Assembly (NCBI RefSeq): GCF_016904885.1
Contig: NZ_JADWYI010000001.1
Location: forward strand, 7,305,224 to 7,369,223
Direction of reading: 5' to 3'
DNA length: 64,000 nt
From: [Archangium] primigenium
GTDB taxonomy: Bacteria > Myxococcota > Myxococcia > Myxococcales > Myxococcaceae
Shown here: positions 18,506 through 28,062 of the stretch, in pieces
Layout of the letters: the number at the start of each line of letters is the position of its first letter
Numbering within the stretch: the first letter of the stretch is position 1
The notes under the pieces: generated by a model
The model's database searches: none
What the model saw: only the letters and a program-made list of their open reading frames with translations
Told to the model about the DNA's origin: nothing
Program-made: the position numbers and the translations under genes

Positions 18506-19135
18506 GTGAAGTGCTGGAACTGTGACAAGGAGTCGGAGGGCCGCCCGTTCTGCAACGCCTGCGGGAAGATCGCGGGCCGGATCGCGGGCACCTCCCACTT
18601 CGCCATCTTCGGGCTGCCGCCGAGCCATGACGTGGCCGTGGAGTCGCTGGAGCGGCAGTACCGGGAGCTGTCGTTGAAGCTGCACCCGGACCGCTTCGCC
18701 CAGGCCGAGGCGCGCGAGCGCCGCCTGTCGCTGGAGCAGACCACCGCGCTCAACGACGCCTACAAGACGCTCAAGGACACCACGCGCCGCGCCTTCTACC
18801 TGCTCTCCCTGCACGGGGTGGACCTGGACCGCGAGGACACGGACGCCCAGAAGCGCATGCCCCTCGAATTCCTCGAGGAGGTGATGGACCTGCGCGAGGC
18901 GCTCGACGCGGCCATCGCGGCCCGGGACGCCGGGCGCGTGCAGCGCATGGCCCAGGACGTGGGCACGCGGCGCTCCGGGGCGCTCCAGGAGGCGGTGGAG
19001 GCCCTGCGGGGGCTGGAGAAGTCGCCCGGGGAGCCCGAGACGGTGAAAAAGGCGTCGCACGCCCTGGGTCGGGTGCGCTACTTCACGCGCTTCCTCGAGC
19101 AGGTGGACGCGTTCGAGGAGGAGATGCTGGCGTGA
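18506..19135 (+). CDS. hscB: co-chaperone HscB with N-terminal CxxC-x10-CxxC zinc-finger
   Basis: J-domain (LKLHPDRF...) plus HscB C-terminal domain. N-terminal [21 protein letters not shown] start 9 nt after GGAAGG. Confidence 0.75.
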   Translation: MKCWNCDKESEGRPFCNACGKIAGRIAGTSHFAIFGLPPSHDVAVESLERQYRELSLKLHPDRFAQAEARERRLSLEQTTALNDAYKTLKDTTRRAFYLLSLHGVDLDREDTDAQKRMPLEFLEEVMDLREALDAAIAARDAGRVQRMAQDVGTRRSGALQEAVEALRGLEKSPGEPETVKKASHALGRVRYFTRFLEQVDAFEEEMLA

Positions 19136-20976
19136 GCAAGAACGGCTACCTGCAGATTCATGACCCGCTCAAGCCCAAGGGGCACGCGGTGGGGATCGAC
19201 CTGGGCACCACCAACTCGCTCGTGGCGAGTGTGCTCCAGGGCAAGCCCCGCTGCTTCGTGGCGGACGAGGGGGACAGCCTGCTGCTGCCCTCGGTGGTGC
19301 ACTACGGCAAGGACGGCGGCGTGGTGGTGGGCGCGCGCGCCCGGGGGCTCGTGGCCGAGCACCCCACGGACACCATCGTCTCCGTGAAGCGCTTCATGGG
19401 CCGCGGCCCGGACGACCCCGAGACGCGCAAGCTCGGCGCCTACCAGTTCGTGCCCGGCGGCAAGGTGGTGCGCTTCCAGGTGGCCGGAGGCCAGCCGGTG
19501 ACGCCCATCGAGGTGTCCGGCGAAATCCTCCGCGCCCTCAAGCGCCGCGCGGAGACGCACTTCTCCGGTCGCGTGGAGCAGGCCGTCATCACCGTGCCCG
19601 CCTACTTCGATGACGCCCAGCGTCAGGCCACCAAGGACGCGGGGCGGCTGGCGGGCCTGGACGTGCTGCGCCTGCTCAACGAGCCCACCGCGGCGGCGCT
19701 CGCCTACGGCCTGGACAAGGGCAGCCAGGGCACCTTCGCGGTGTACGACCTGGGCGGCGGCACCTTCGACATCTCCATCCTCAAGCTGGTGGACGGCGTC
19801 TTCGAGGTGAAGAGCACCGGCGGCGACTCGGCGCTCGGCGGCGACGACTTCGACCGGGCCATCGCCCAGCGCGTGTTGGAGGCGCTCGGGGAGACGGCGC
19901 CCGGCGCGGGCCTCGTGGCCGAGGTGCTCGCCACCTCCCGCCGGGCCAAGGAGGCCCTCACCCTCCAGGCCGAGGTGGAGGTGGCCGTGGGCGCCCACCG
20001 CCAGACGGTGCGGCGCGAGGACCTGGAGACGTGGATCCGCCCCCTGCTGCAGAAGACGGGCGCGGTGTGCCGCCGGGCCCTCAAGGACGCGGGCGTGCAG
20101 GCCTCGGAGCTCGACGGCGTCATCCTCGTGGGCGGCTCCACCCGGGTGCCCGCCGTGCGCGCCTACGTGGCGGAAATCTTCGGCCGCGAGCCCCTGGGCG
20201 ACATCGACCCGGACCAGGTGGTGGCGCTCGGCGCCGCCGTCCAGGCGGACCTTCTCACCAACGAGGACCGCCAGGACGAGGTGCTGCTCCTCGACGTGAA
20301 CCCCCTGTCCCTGGGCCTGGAGACCATGGGCGGAATCGTGGAGCGGCTGATTGCCCGCAACTCCACCATCCCCGCCGCCGCCGCCCAGGTCTTCACGACC
20401 TTCAAGGACGGCCAGACGGGCCTGGACATCCACGTGCTCCAGGGCGAGCGCGACCTCGTGGAGGACTGCCGGAGCCTCGCCCGCTTCACGCTGAGTGGCA
20501 TTCCGCCCATGACGGCGGGTATGGCCCGGGTGGAGGTGCGCTTCCAGGTGGACGCGGACGGCATCCTGTCCGTGAGCGCCAAGGAGCAGAGCACCGGCGC
20601 CACCCAGACCATCACCGTCAAGCCGAGCCATGGCCTGTCCGACGAGGAGATCGAGACCATGCTGCTCGACTCCATCGACCACGCCGAGGACGACATCCAG
20701 GCGCGCCAGGTGCGCGAGCAGCGGGTGGAGGCCGAGCGCGTGCTCACCGAGGCCCAGCGGCAGCTCGGGCAGCACGCCACCCTGCTCGAGGAGGGGGAGC
20801 GCGCCCGCATCGAGGCCGACATGGCCCGGGTGCGCGAGCGGGCCCAGGGCAACGACTCCCAGGCCATCAAGGACGCCATCCACGCCCTGGACGAGGGGTG
20901 CAAGCCCTTCGTCGAGCGCATCATGAACCATGCCGTGACGCAGGTCGTCGCGGGCCACTCGGTCGAGGAGTTCTGA
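19132..20976 (+). CDS. hscA: Fe-S chaperone HscA (Hsp70-family)
   Basis: [12 protein letters not shown] and [10 protein letters not shown] Hsp70 signatures. GTGA overlap with hscB. Confidence 0.9.
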   Translation: MSKNGYLQIHDPLKPKGHAVGIDLGTTNSLVASVLQGKPRCFVADEGDSLLLPSVVHYGKDGGVVVGARARGLVAEHPTDTIVSVKRFMGRGPDDPETRKLGAYQFVPGGKVVRFQVAGGQPVTPIEVSGEILRALKRRAETHFSGRVEQAVITVPAYFDDAQRQATKDAGRLAGLDVLRLLNEPTAAALAYGLDKGSQGTFAVYDLGGGTFDISILKLVDGVFEVKSTGGDSALGGDDFDRAIAQRVLEALGETAPGAGLVAEVLATSRRAKEALTLQAEVEVAVGAHRQTVRREDLETWIRPLLQKTGAVCRRALKDAGVQASELDGVILVGGSTRVPAVRAYVAEIFGREPLGDIDPDQVVALGAAVQADLLTNEDRQDEVLLLDVNPLSLGLETMGGIVERLIARNSTIPAAAAQVFTTFKDGQTGLDIHVLQGERDLVEDCRSLARFTLSGIPPMTAGMARVEVRFQVDADGILSVSAKEQSTGATQTITVKPSHGLSDEEIETMLLDSIDHAEDDIQARQVREQRVEAERVLTEAQRQLGQHATLLEEGERARIEADMARVRERAQGNDSQAIKDAIHALDEGCKPFVERIMNHAVTQVVAGHSVEEF

Positions 20977-20977
20977 C

Positions 20978-21355
20978 GTGCCCAAGGTCCACTTCAAGAG
21001 CCCCCTGGATGACGTCACCGTGGACGTCGCCCCCCACACCACCCTCTTGGACGCCGCCGAGAAGGCCGGCGCCCACGTGGGCCACTCCTGTGGCGGCGTC
21101 TGCGCCTGCTCCACCTGCCACATCTGGATCCGCAAGGGCATGGAGTCCCTGTCCGAGCAGCGCGACGACGAGGCGGACCGGCTGGACATGGGCTTCGACG
21201 TGCGCCCCTACTCCCGCCTGTCCTGCCAGACGGAGGTGGGCGCGGAGGACGTCCAGGTGGAGATCACCGAGGAGTCCATCACCGCCTACCTGGACGAGAA
21301 CCCGGTCCTGCGCCGGCAGCTCACGTCCGAGGGAAAATGGCCCCTGAAGAAGTAG
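20978..21355 (+). CDS. fdx: [2Fe-2S] ferredoxin of the ISC system
   Basis: CGGVCACSTCH...C cysteine pattern of adrenodoxin-type Fdx. GTG start 2 nt after the hscA stop. Confidence 0.8.
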   Translation: MPKVHFKSPLDDVTVDVAPHTTLLDAAEKAGAHVGHSCGGVCACSTCHIWIRKGMESLSEQRDDEADRLDMGFDVRPYSRLSCQTEVGAEDVQVEITEESITAYLDENPVLRRQLTSEGKWPLKK

Positions 21356-21370
21356 GTTGAAACAAGGTGC

Positions 21371-21399
21371 TTGACGGGGGCCGAAGAGGCATCTATACA
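21371..21399 (+). promoter_or_regulatory. sigma70-like promoter for tRNA-Leu (TTGACG-N17-TATACA)
   Basis: TTGACG at 21371-21376 and TATACA at 21394-21399, about 70 bp upstream of the tRNA. Confidence 0.4.
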
Positions 21400-21469
21400 C
21401 CGCCCCCGTCGACGCAATGCACCGCCGAGACGCCGCAGCGACGCAGCAACAGCCGTAGCCGTACCACCC

Positions 21470-21554
21470 GCCCAGGTGGTGGAATTGGTAGACACACTAG
21501 ATTCAGGGTCTAGCGCCTGCAAGGGCATGGAGGTTCGAGTCCTCTCCTGGGCAC
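21470..21554 (+). tRNA. tRNA-Leu (anticodon CAG), CCA not encoded
   Basis: Cloverleaf: acceptor GCCCAGG/CCTGGGC; D arm with GGAATTGGTAGAC; anticodon stem ACTAG/CTAGC... with loop TTCAGGG; long variable arm; T-arm GGAGGTTCGAGTCCTC. Confidence 0.85.
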
Positions 21555-21558
21555 AAAG

Positions 21559-21590
21559 AAGGCCCCCGCTGAAAAGCGGGGGCCTTTTTC
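21559..21590 (+). terminator. rho-independent terminator after tRNA-Leu
   Basis: AAGGCCCCCGCTGAAAAGCGGGGGCCTTTTTCTTTTTCC: a 10-bp GC stem followed by a T-tract. Confidence 0.8.
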
Positions 21591-21612
21591 TTTTTCCGCC
21601 TCCCCCCGGGCC

Positions 21613-22695
21613 TCACGCCGGGCTGTGGTGCGGACTCACCGATTCGTGGGCCACGTGGTTGGCCGCGTCCCGGGCCAGGCTGCCGCCCTTGCGCAGGTCG
21701 CGGATCCGGATGCCGCGCAGGCGCACGGACAGGGCCCCGAGCGACACCTGGGAGAAGGCCGTGCCCAGGTGGGTGAGGGCCGCGAACGCCGCCGCGTCCT
21801 CGTCCGAGGCCCCCAGGGAGCGCGCCGCCCAGCTGGTGACGAAGTAGTAGATGCCCATGCCCGCGGGCACGCCGGGGATGGCCTGGCCGAGCGCGATGGC
21901 CCCCAGGACCACGGCGCCCGCGAACAGCCCCCCCTTCACCCCCAGGCCGTGCAACGCCAGCCCATAGGCCAGGGCGGGCGCCAGGACGGGCCCCACGGAG
22001 AAGACGAGCGCCCGGGCCATGCCCCGGAAGCTGCGCGCGGTGCCCAGGCCCTCGGACACGTGGGCCAACAGGTTGCTCGCCCGGGGCAGCCGGCGCTTGC
22101 GGTCCAGCCAGCGGGCCATCGGCAGCGCGTAGTGGGCCAGGACCACCACCAGGGCCATGAGGCCCACGCACACCCCCAGGGCGATGCGCAGCGGCCCCGC
22201 GAAGCTCGCCATGGTGTCGCCGAAGGGTCCCAGGAAGGACACGAACACGAGCACCATGAGGGCCACGAACTCCAGCAGCTTGCACACCGCCACCGAGCCC
22301 AGCGCCTGCACGAAGGGAATGCGCTGGGTGCGCGACAGCAGGAAGCAGCGGATGAAGTCCCCCAGCTTGCCGGGCAGCGCGTTGTGGGTGAAGGCGCCGA
22401 TGGCCACCAGGTGGTAGCGCTCCAGCAGGGGCACCCGCTTGCTCAGCGTCGTCTGCCACTGGATGGCCCGCAGCGGGAGCATGGCCGCGGACAGGATGAG
22501 GAACGGGATGAACCACGCCAGGTGCGAGGGCAGCTCCCGCAGGAAGCGCCCCCAGGAAAAGCGCGGCACGAGCAAGGGCCCCGGGCCCCCCGGGTTCCAG
22601 GTGAAGAACGCGCTGGCCACGAGGATGACCGACAGCACCACCCCCACCACGACCAGCAGCGCCTTGAGCACGGCACGTCCGCCGGGTTGTTTCAT
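21613..22695 (-). CDS. UPF0104/lysylphosphatidylglycerol-synthase-TM-region family membrane protein (flippase-like)
   Basis: Eight predicted TM helices. Start at MKQPGGRAVLKALLVVVGVVL, with ATGA overlap to the upstream gene. Confidence 0.55.
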   Translation of the reverse strand: MKQPGGRAVLKALLVVVGVVLSVILVASAFFTWNPGGPGPLLVPRFSWGRFLRELPSHLAWFIPFLILSAAMLPLRAIQWQTTLSKRVPLLERYHLVAIGAFTHNALPGKLGDFIRCFLLSRTQRIPFVQALGSVAVCKLLEFVALMVLVFVSFLGPFGDTMASFAGPLRIALGVCVGLMALVVVLAHYALPMARWLDRKRRLPRASNLLAHVSEGLGTARSFRGMARALVFSVGPVLAPALAYGLALHGLGVKGGLFAGAVVLGAIALGQAIPGVPAGMGIYYFVTSWAARSLGASDEDAAAFAALTHLGTAFSQVSLGALSVRLRGIRIRDLRKGGSLARDAANHVAHESVSPHHSPA

Positions 22696-24299
22696 GGATG
22701 GGCCTCCTCCCATTCCAGGAGCCCCGCCTCCCGCCGGGGACGGGGCCCGTCGCGATAGACGCTCGACAACCGCTCATGCAGCTCGGCGCAGTGGCCCAGG
22801 GACGACAGGTCCACCGGCAACGAGCGTGGCCAGCAGATGAGGCTGCCCGTTTCCGTGCGGGTGAGCCCGCCGTGCGAGCCGAACTCCCAGGCGAAGCCCA
22901 CCGTGCCGCCCTGGGGCACCGCCTGCCCGAAGAGCACCAGGTCGCCCGCCGTGGGCATGTGGGGCAGCTCCCGCAGGTAGTCCGCCACCGCCCGGGGCGA
23001 GAACTCCGCGGGCAGGGGCGCGTAGACGACGTCCTCCGCCCCGTAGACTTGGCCGCCAATGAGGGCCACCGCCTCGTCGCGCCGGCGCACCACCACGATG
23101 CCGATGTCCGGATGGCGCGTGGCCCGGCCCAGCACGTCCGGGAAGTGCGCGAGCAGCTCGGCGGCCTCCAGCGGCTGCCGCTCCCGCGTCAGGTAGACGT
23201 GCGAGAAGTTGCCGGACTCCACCACCACGGGCTCCGAGGGCGCGCGCGGGGCCAGGGAGGCCTCGGGGCTCCGCCCATCGAGCAGCCCTCGCCGCACGTC
23301 CTCGGCCACGGGCAGGGGCGCGCCCTCCAAGAGGAGCTTCTCCAGGCGCTGGCCGGTACGCTTCTCGATGGCCTCGCTGTCCACGTGGCCGTGGTCCGAG
23401 AGAATGACCACGTCGTAGCCGGGCTCGACCGCGTGGGCCACGGCGTGCAATTCGCCGAGGTATGCATCCACGCGCCGCAGCTCCTCGAGCGCCTGCTCGG
23501 AGCGGGGCCCGCGGCGGTGGGCGACCTCGTCATAGTTGCCATAGACGAGGTAGACGATGGGCACCCCCCGCACCATGTCCACCATCGCCTTGGTGTGCGC
23601 GAAGCTCCAGCCGAGCCGCTGCAGGAAGACGCGGCTCAGGAGATAGCCGTGCTCGTGGCGCCAGTCGCCCTGGGCGCGCGCCCACCGGCGCACCTCGTGG
23701 AAGGCGTTCCACGCGTCCCGGCCCAGCGAGCGCAGATAGTCGAGCGGCCCCCGGGTGCGGCCCGCGAGCACGCCGTCCATCTCGTAGCGCAGGCTGCGCT
23801 TCATGACCTTGAAGTCCGCCAGGGTGCTCATGCACAGGCGGTTGGTGGCCTGGGCCTGGAAGAGCGAGAAGTAGGTGTGGCCGCCCTCGGACAGCAGGCT
23901 CGTGCCCGGGCGAGCCCCCAGCCGCGCCTCGATGGCGAGCGCGTCCGCTGGGGTGTTCATCTGCACCCGGCGGCCCAACTCCCGATCGAACCAGCTGTAG
24001 GCGGGCAGGTTGGGATGGCGGTGGCCGTAGAGGAACCCGCCCTGGAAGGCCGGCGTGGATGCGGGCGAGCCCCAGAAGGCCTCGTCCAGCGCGTAGGCCC
24101 CCGAGTTCACCAGGCCCGCGAGGAAGGGCATCTGCCGCGAGCGCAAGGCCTCTTCCAGGGCCGTCTTGGGCACGCCGTCGAGGTGGACGACGAGCAGCTT
24201 GCGCCGTCGGGAAGCCGACACCGGACGGACCCGCGAGGCCACTTGACGCACGTAGCGCCGTGCCCAGGACTGAAGTTGCGCCTCCATCACCTCGTTCAC
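22692..24299 (-). CDS. alkaline-phosphatase-superfamily (type I phosphodiesterase/nucleotide pyrophosphatase-like) protein
   Basis: AP-superfamily motifs (VVHLDGVPKTALEE, YGNYDEVAHRRG, VVILSDHGHV). GTG start 8 nt after GGGGAGG. Confidence 0.55.
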   Translation of the reverse strand: MNEVMEAQLQSWARRYVRQVASRVRPVSASRRRKLLVVHLDGVPKTALEEALRSRQMPFLAGLVNSGAYALDEAFWGSPASTPAFQGGFLYGHRHPNLPAYSWFDRELGRRVQMNTPADALAIEARLGARPGTSLLSEGGHTYFSLFQAQATNRLCMSTLADFKVMKRSLRYEMDGVLAGRTRGPLDYLRSLGRDAWNAFHEVRRWARAQGDWRHEHGYLLSRVFLQRLGWSFAHTKAMVDMVRGVPIVYLVYGNYDEVAHRRGPRSEQALEELRRVDAYLGELHAVAHAVEPGYDVVILSDHGHVDSEAIEKRTGQRLEKLLLEGAPLPVAEDVRRGLLDGRSPEASLAPRAPSEPVVVESGNFSHVYLTRERQPLEAAELLAHFPDVLGRATRHPDIGIVVVRRRDEAVALIGGQVYGAEDVVYAPLPAEFSPRAVADYLRELPHMPTAGDLVLFGQAVPQGGTVGFAWEFGSHGGLTRTETGSLICWPRSLPVDLSSLGHCAELHERLSSVYRDGPRPRREAGLLEWEEAHP

Positions 24300-24459
24300 C
24301 GTGTGTCCTCCCCGTGGCCCCGGGAGAAGATGCACACGCGGTGAGCCGCCAGCCGGGCGGTCGGGGATCCAACGAGGGCTCCTCTGGAGAGCAACCAGGG
24401 GAACAGCACCCGGCCGGGGACGATAGTGCGGTGAGCGCGGGGCATGGCACCTTGGCGGG

Positions 24460-25644
24460 ATGCTCTCGACCGCGCTGCTGCTGACAACGCTGGCCACGGC
24501 CCCCTCCCCTTCCCTGGAGCTGCCCGCCCCGGCCACCGCGCCGGCGCCGGTCGCGCCCCGGAAGGAGAACGGCGCGGATGCCATCGTGCTGCCGCTCGTG
24601 GCCTACAACTCGGACCTGGGCTTCACCTATGGCGGCGTGGCCGGCGCGTACCTGTATGGCTCGGGCTACGCGCCCTACCGGCACGCCATCGCCATCCAGG
24701 CGCTGTTCACCAGCCGGGGTCAGCAGAACCACTACCTGCGCTATGACGGGCCGCGCCTCATTGGCCCCTTGCGGCTGGAGATGCGCCTGGAGTACCGGCG
24801 CGAGCTGCGCAGCCCCTTCTATGGCGCGGGCAACGTGTCCGCGCAGGACTTCTCCGGCAACGAGAACCAGGAGCGCTTCAACTACAGCAAGGGCTCGCCG
24901 GGCGCGTGGCTGCGGCTGCGCGGCAAGCCCTGGGGCGAGACGCACCCCTTCCAGTCCTACGTGGGCTACGGCTGGCGCTACACCCAGGTGTCCCCCTTCG
25001 ACGCCTCCATCCTCCAGGACACCAAGCCCGTGGGCTACGAGGGCGGCGCCACCGGACAGCTCACCGTGGGCGCGCTCTGGGACACGCGCGACAACGAGTC
25101 GGATCCCGTGCGCGGCGGCGTGGAGGAGGTGAGCCTGCGCGTGTCGGGCAGCGCCACCGGCAGCCGCTACCAGTATGGCGGCCTCACCCTGAGCGAGCGG
25201 CGCTTCTGGCAGGTGGGCTCGCGCGTGGTGCTCGCCCAGCGGCTGACCTTGGACGCGCTGTTCGGCGAGGTGCCCTTCTTCGAGTGGGTGAACACCGGCG
25301 GCGTCACCTTCACCGAGGGCATTGGCGGCATGAGCAGCGTGCGCGGCATCGAGCGCAACCGCTTCGCGGGCAACGTCAAGGCCTTCTCCAACACGGAGGT
25401 GCGTGTGCGGGCGTTCGATTTCAACCTGTTCGGCGCGCCGGTGTACACGGGCGGCGTGGCGTTCGTGGACGTGGGCCGCGTGTGGCACCCGGGCACGGTG
25501 GATGGTCCGTGGTGGAAGTGGCACCCCGGCGTGGGCGCGGGCGTGCGGGTCGCCCGGCGCGCGGCCGTGGTGCGCTTTGACTGGGCCATGTCCCCCGAGA
25601 CGCTGCGCCACCGCATCTACCTCAACTTCGGCCACATGTTCTAA
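24460..25644 (+). CDS. Omp85/surface-antigen-family outer-membrane beta-barrel protein
   Basis: Signal peptide, alternating amphipathic strands, and a C-terminal aromatic signature ...IYLNFGHMF. Confidence 0.55.
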   Translation: MLSTALLLTTLATAPSPSLELPAPATAPAPVAPRKENGADAIVLPLVAYNSDLGFTYGGVAGAYLYGSGYAPYRHAIAIQALFTSRGQQNHYLRYDGPRLIGPLRLEMRLEYRRELRSPFYGAGNVSAQDFSGNENQERFNYSKGSPGAWLRLRGKPWGETHPFQSYVGYGWRYTQVSPFDASILQDTKPVGYEGGATGQLTVGALWDTRDNESDPVRGGVEEVSLRVSGSATGSRYQYGGLTLSERRFWQVGSRVVLAQRLTLDALFGEVPFFEWVNTGGVTFTEGIGGMSSVRGIERNRFAGNVKAFSNTEVRVRAFDFNLFGAPVYTGGVAFVDVGRVWHPGTVDGPWWKWHPGVGAGVRVARRAAVVRFDWAMSPETLRHRIYLNFGHMF

Positions 25645-26273
25645 TAGACGAACAGGTAGGGCGGCTTGCGCTCCGCGCCGAAGAAGTCGGGATAGAGCGC
25701 CACGAAGCCCGTGCCGTCCTCGAAGCGGTAGTCTCCGCTCGGCGTCACGGACACCAGGTTGCCGCCCCGCGTGCCCGTGAGCTCCACGTGCGAGGGATAG
25801 AGCAGCAGACGGCTCACCTCCGCGAACCCGGGCACCGCCGCCGCGCCCGGAGTCGACGTCCACCCCGCCGAGACCCATTCCCAGCGCAAGCTCGCCAGGG
25901 AATGGGGATCCAGACGCTGCAGGCACGTCACAGCGTAGGTGCCCACGCCCCGGACGGAGTGCTTCTCGGTATAGGCCACCACGAGCCCCCGCGCGTCGAC
26001 CGCGATCGCGATGCGCGGCTCGAGTGGGGACGTGGCCAGCTCGATGCTCCGGGCCGCCAGCACGCAGCTGCCCCCCGGAACCGCCGTGCTGCGCACGGAG
26101 ATCCGATAGAACGGCCGCGGAGAGGGAATGGGATTGAGATCCTGCTCCACCCGGAGGGCGTAATCACAGCCTTCCCAGACGGCGTGGACCTCCTGGACGA
26201 CGGACGGCTGCGCCCAGACCGATGAACCCCACAACGCCACGATGGTCACGACACTCATTGCGAGAACGCGCAT
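25641..26273 (-). CDS. secreted hypothetical protein, paralog 1 (ends PPYLFVY)
   Basis: Signal peptide MRVLAMSVVTIVALWGSSVWA. About 40% identical to the next ORF. Confidence 0.5.
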   Translation of the reverse strand: MRVLAMSVVTIVALWGSSVWAQPSVVQEVHAVWEGCDYALRVEQDLNPIPSPRPFYRISVRSTAVPGGSCVLAARSIELATSPLEPRIAIAVDARGLVVAYTEKHSVRGVGTYAVTCLQRLDPHSLASLRWEWVSAGWTSTPGAAAVPGFAEVSRLLLYPSHVELTGTRGGNLVSVTPSGDYRFEDGTGFVALYPDFFGAERKPPYLFVY

Positions 26274-26471
26274 GGACGAAGTCCCCCCTGACAGGTGGGC
26301 CCTCCGCGGGAAGGGAGGGCCCCTGCGAACCTAAGGAGGCCCCCGCGGGAAGGAGGTGCCCGGGCAACGCGCACCTCCGTCTCCAGGGAGGAGTGGACAT
26401 CTGCTCCCAGGGGAATGACGGGCCACAAGCCCCCGCCCCTCCCTCCAGGACGGGACGGGGTTCAATCCCTA

Positions 26472-27122
26472 TCAGTAGGCGTACAGATAGGGCGGCTTCT
26501 GGTTCACTCCGAAAAAGTCGGGGAAGAGGACCGCGAAGCCCGTGCCCGTCTCCTCGAAGCGGTAGTCGCGGTCCGGGTTCGTGTAGTCGCTGTCCACGTA
26601 CAGGAAGTTGCCTCCGCGCGTGCCCCGAACCTCGACATGCTTGGGGAAGATCGTGAGACGCGTCACCCGCGCGCTCCCCGGCCCCCCCGCCGCGCCCGGG
26701 TACGGGACGTTGCCCACCCGGATCCACTCCGTGCGCCGGATCGCCAGGGTGGTCGGATCCCACCGGAGCAGCTTGGTCCACATGTCGGGGCCCAGCGTCC
26801 GGACATAGGTGCCGTAGGAGTGGGCCGTCACGAGCCCCTGTTCTCCGGCCGCGATCGCGATGCCCGGCTCGAGCTTGGACGTGCCCAGCTCGATGCGCTG
26901 GGGCGGCAGCGTGCACGTGTCCGCCGACACCACCGTGCTGCGCAGCACGATGCGGTAGAGCGGCTGGGGATAGGGAATCGGGTCGACGTCCTGCTCCACC
27001 TGGATGAAGTAGCCGCAGCCCCCCCAGGTCGTCTGGGCTTGCTGGACGATGGGCAGATCGGCGGACGCCTCCGAGCCCAGCAAAGACATCAGACCAACGA
27101 CGAACGCTCCGGACATGCGCAT
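26472..27122 (-). CDS. secreted hypothetical protein, paralog 2 (ends PPYLYAY)
   Basis: Signal peptide MRMSGAFVVGLMSLLGSEASA. Shares W-GC-Y, RISVRST/RIVLRST, GTRGGN and LYPDFFG / LFPDFFG blocks with paralog 1. Confidence 0.5.
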   Translation of the reverse strand: MRMSGAFVVGLMSLLGSEASADLPIVQQAQTTWGGCGYFIQVEQDVDPIPYPQPLYRIVLRSTVVSADTCTLPPQRIELGTSKLEPGIAIAAGEQGLVTAHSYGTYVRTLGPDMWTKLLRWDPTTLAIRRTEWIRVGNVPYPGAAGGPGSARVTRLTIFPKHVEVRGTRGGNFLYVDSDYTNPDRDYRFEETGTGFAVLFPDFFGVNQKPPYLYAY

Positions 27123-27189
27123 GGTGAAAGCCTCTCGCGGGGGGGTGGTGCCGCGAGGGAGACGTTACACGGCGCGCGCGGGCGCGTAT

Positions 27190-28062
27190 TCACCAGCGGC
27201 GCAACGCGGTCCAGGGAAAGGGCTTCCAGAACGGCGTGGCCACCGTGTCCCCATCGAGGGAGAACCACGGCGCCGAGTCCCCGCCCGGCGAGAGCACGTG
27301 GAAGTCCTGCGCGGGAATGAAGCCCTGGCCGAGCAGCGCCACGCGTCGACCGCGCGCGTCACGTGCCACGTCCAGCACCAGCACCGCGTGGCCCGGGCTG
27401 CCCCCCAGGACGAAGAAGTCCCCGGGCCGCACGTCCTCGCGCGAGGGCCGCTGTTTCACGGTCTCTAGCGACAGCGTCCCCGCGTAGGTGAAGACCAGGT
27501 CCAGGTAGCGCTGGAAGGCGGCGCGTGACGCGTCCACCGGGCCGTTCTTCACCCACGTCACCTTGCTGCCGGACACCCGCGCGCGCTCGCCCGCCGCGTA
27601 CTTCGACCAGGCCGCCACGTCCCCACTGGTGAAGCGGTAGGCGATCTTCTCCGGCTCGCGCCGGGACCACAGCCACTCGGCATGCAGGCGGATGATGGAG
27701 TCCGCGCACTGCTGGAGGTTGACCGGCGCCACGTCCAGCTCGGCCACCGCGCCCAGCGCCGGGTGCCCGGCCGGGAGGATCTCCTCCCCGCGGAAGTCGC
27801 GCACCGGCGTCCCCGGGGGGCGCACGGGCAGGCCCCGCAGCCACGCCCCGAAGGACCCCGGCTCCACGGGCAGGCGCGTGGAGCCCTCGGGGGCGGGCAA
27901 GGCCTCGGCCAGTGGGAGGACGGCGCGTGTCGGCGTCAGCCAGGCGTACCGGGCCCGCTCCTCGCGCGTGGGCACCCGCGGCTCGGAGGAGGCCGCCACG
28001 CCCGGCACGCAGCCCAGCAGCACCAGGGCGAGCCCCAGGAGGCGACCCGGGCGCGGCGTCAT
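27190..28062 (-). CDS. secreted DUF4846-family protein, last gene of the mevalonate operon
   Basis: Start MTPRPGRLLGLALVLLGCVPGVAASS (signal peptide) overlaps the PMK stop (ATGA). The longer 660-aa ORF is a shadow frame over the PMK gene. Confidence 0.5.
   Translation of the reverse strand: MTPRPGRLLGLALVLLGCVPGVAASSEPRVPTREERARYAWLTPTRAVLPLAEALPAPEGSTRLPVEPGSFGAWLRGLPVRPPGTPVRDFRGEEILPAGHPALGAVAELDVAPVNLQQCADSIIRLHAEWLWSRREPEKIAYRFTSGDVAAWSKYAAGERARVSGSKVTWVKNGPVDASRAAFQRYLDLVFTYAGTLSLETVKQRPSREDVRPGDFFVLGGSPGHAVLVLDVARDARGRRVALLGQGFIPAQDFHVLSPGGDSAPWFSLDGDTVATPFWKPFPWTALRRW

Noticed and set aside
19078-21189. 703-aa minus-strand ORF antisense to hscA
   Set aside because: hscA on the plus strand is unambiguous, so this is a shadow frame.
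23530-25926. 798-aa minus-strand ORF
   Set aside because: Runs antisense through the Omp85-like gene and the phosphodiesterase upstream region, with no coherent domain.
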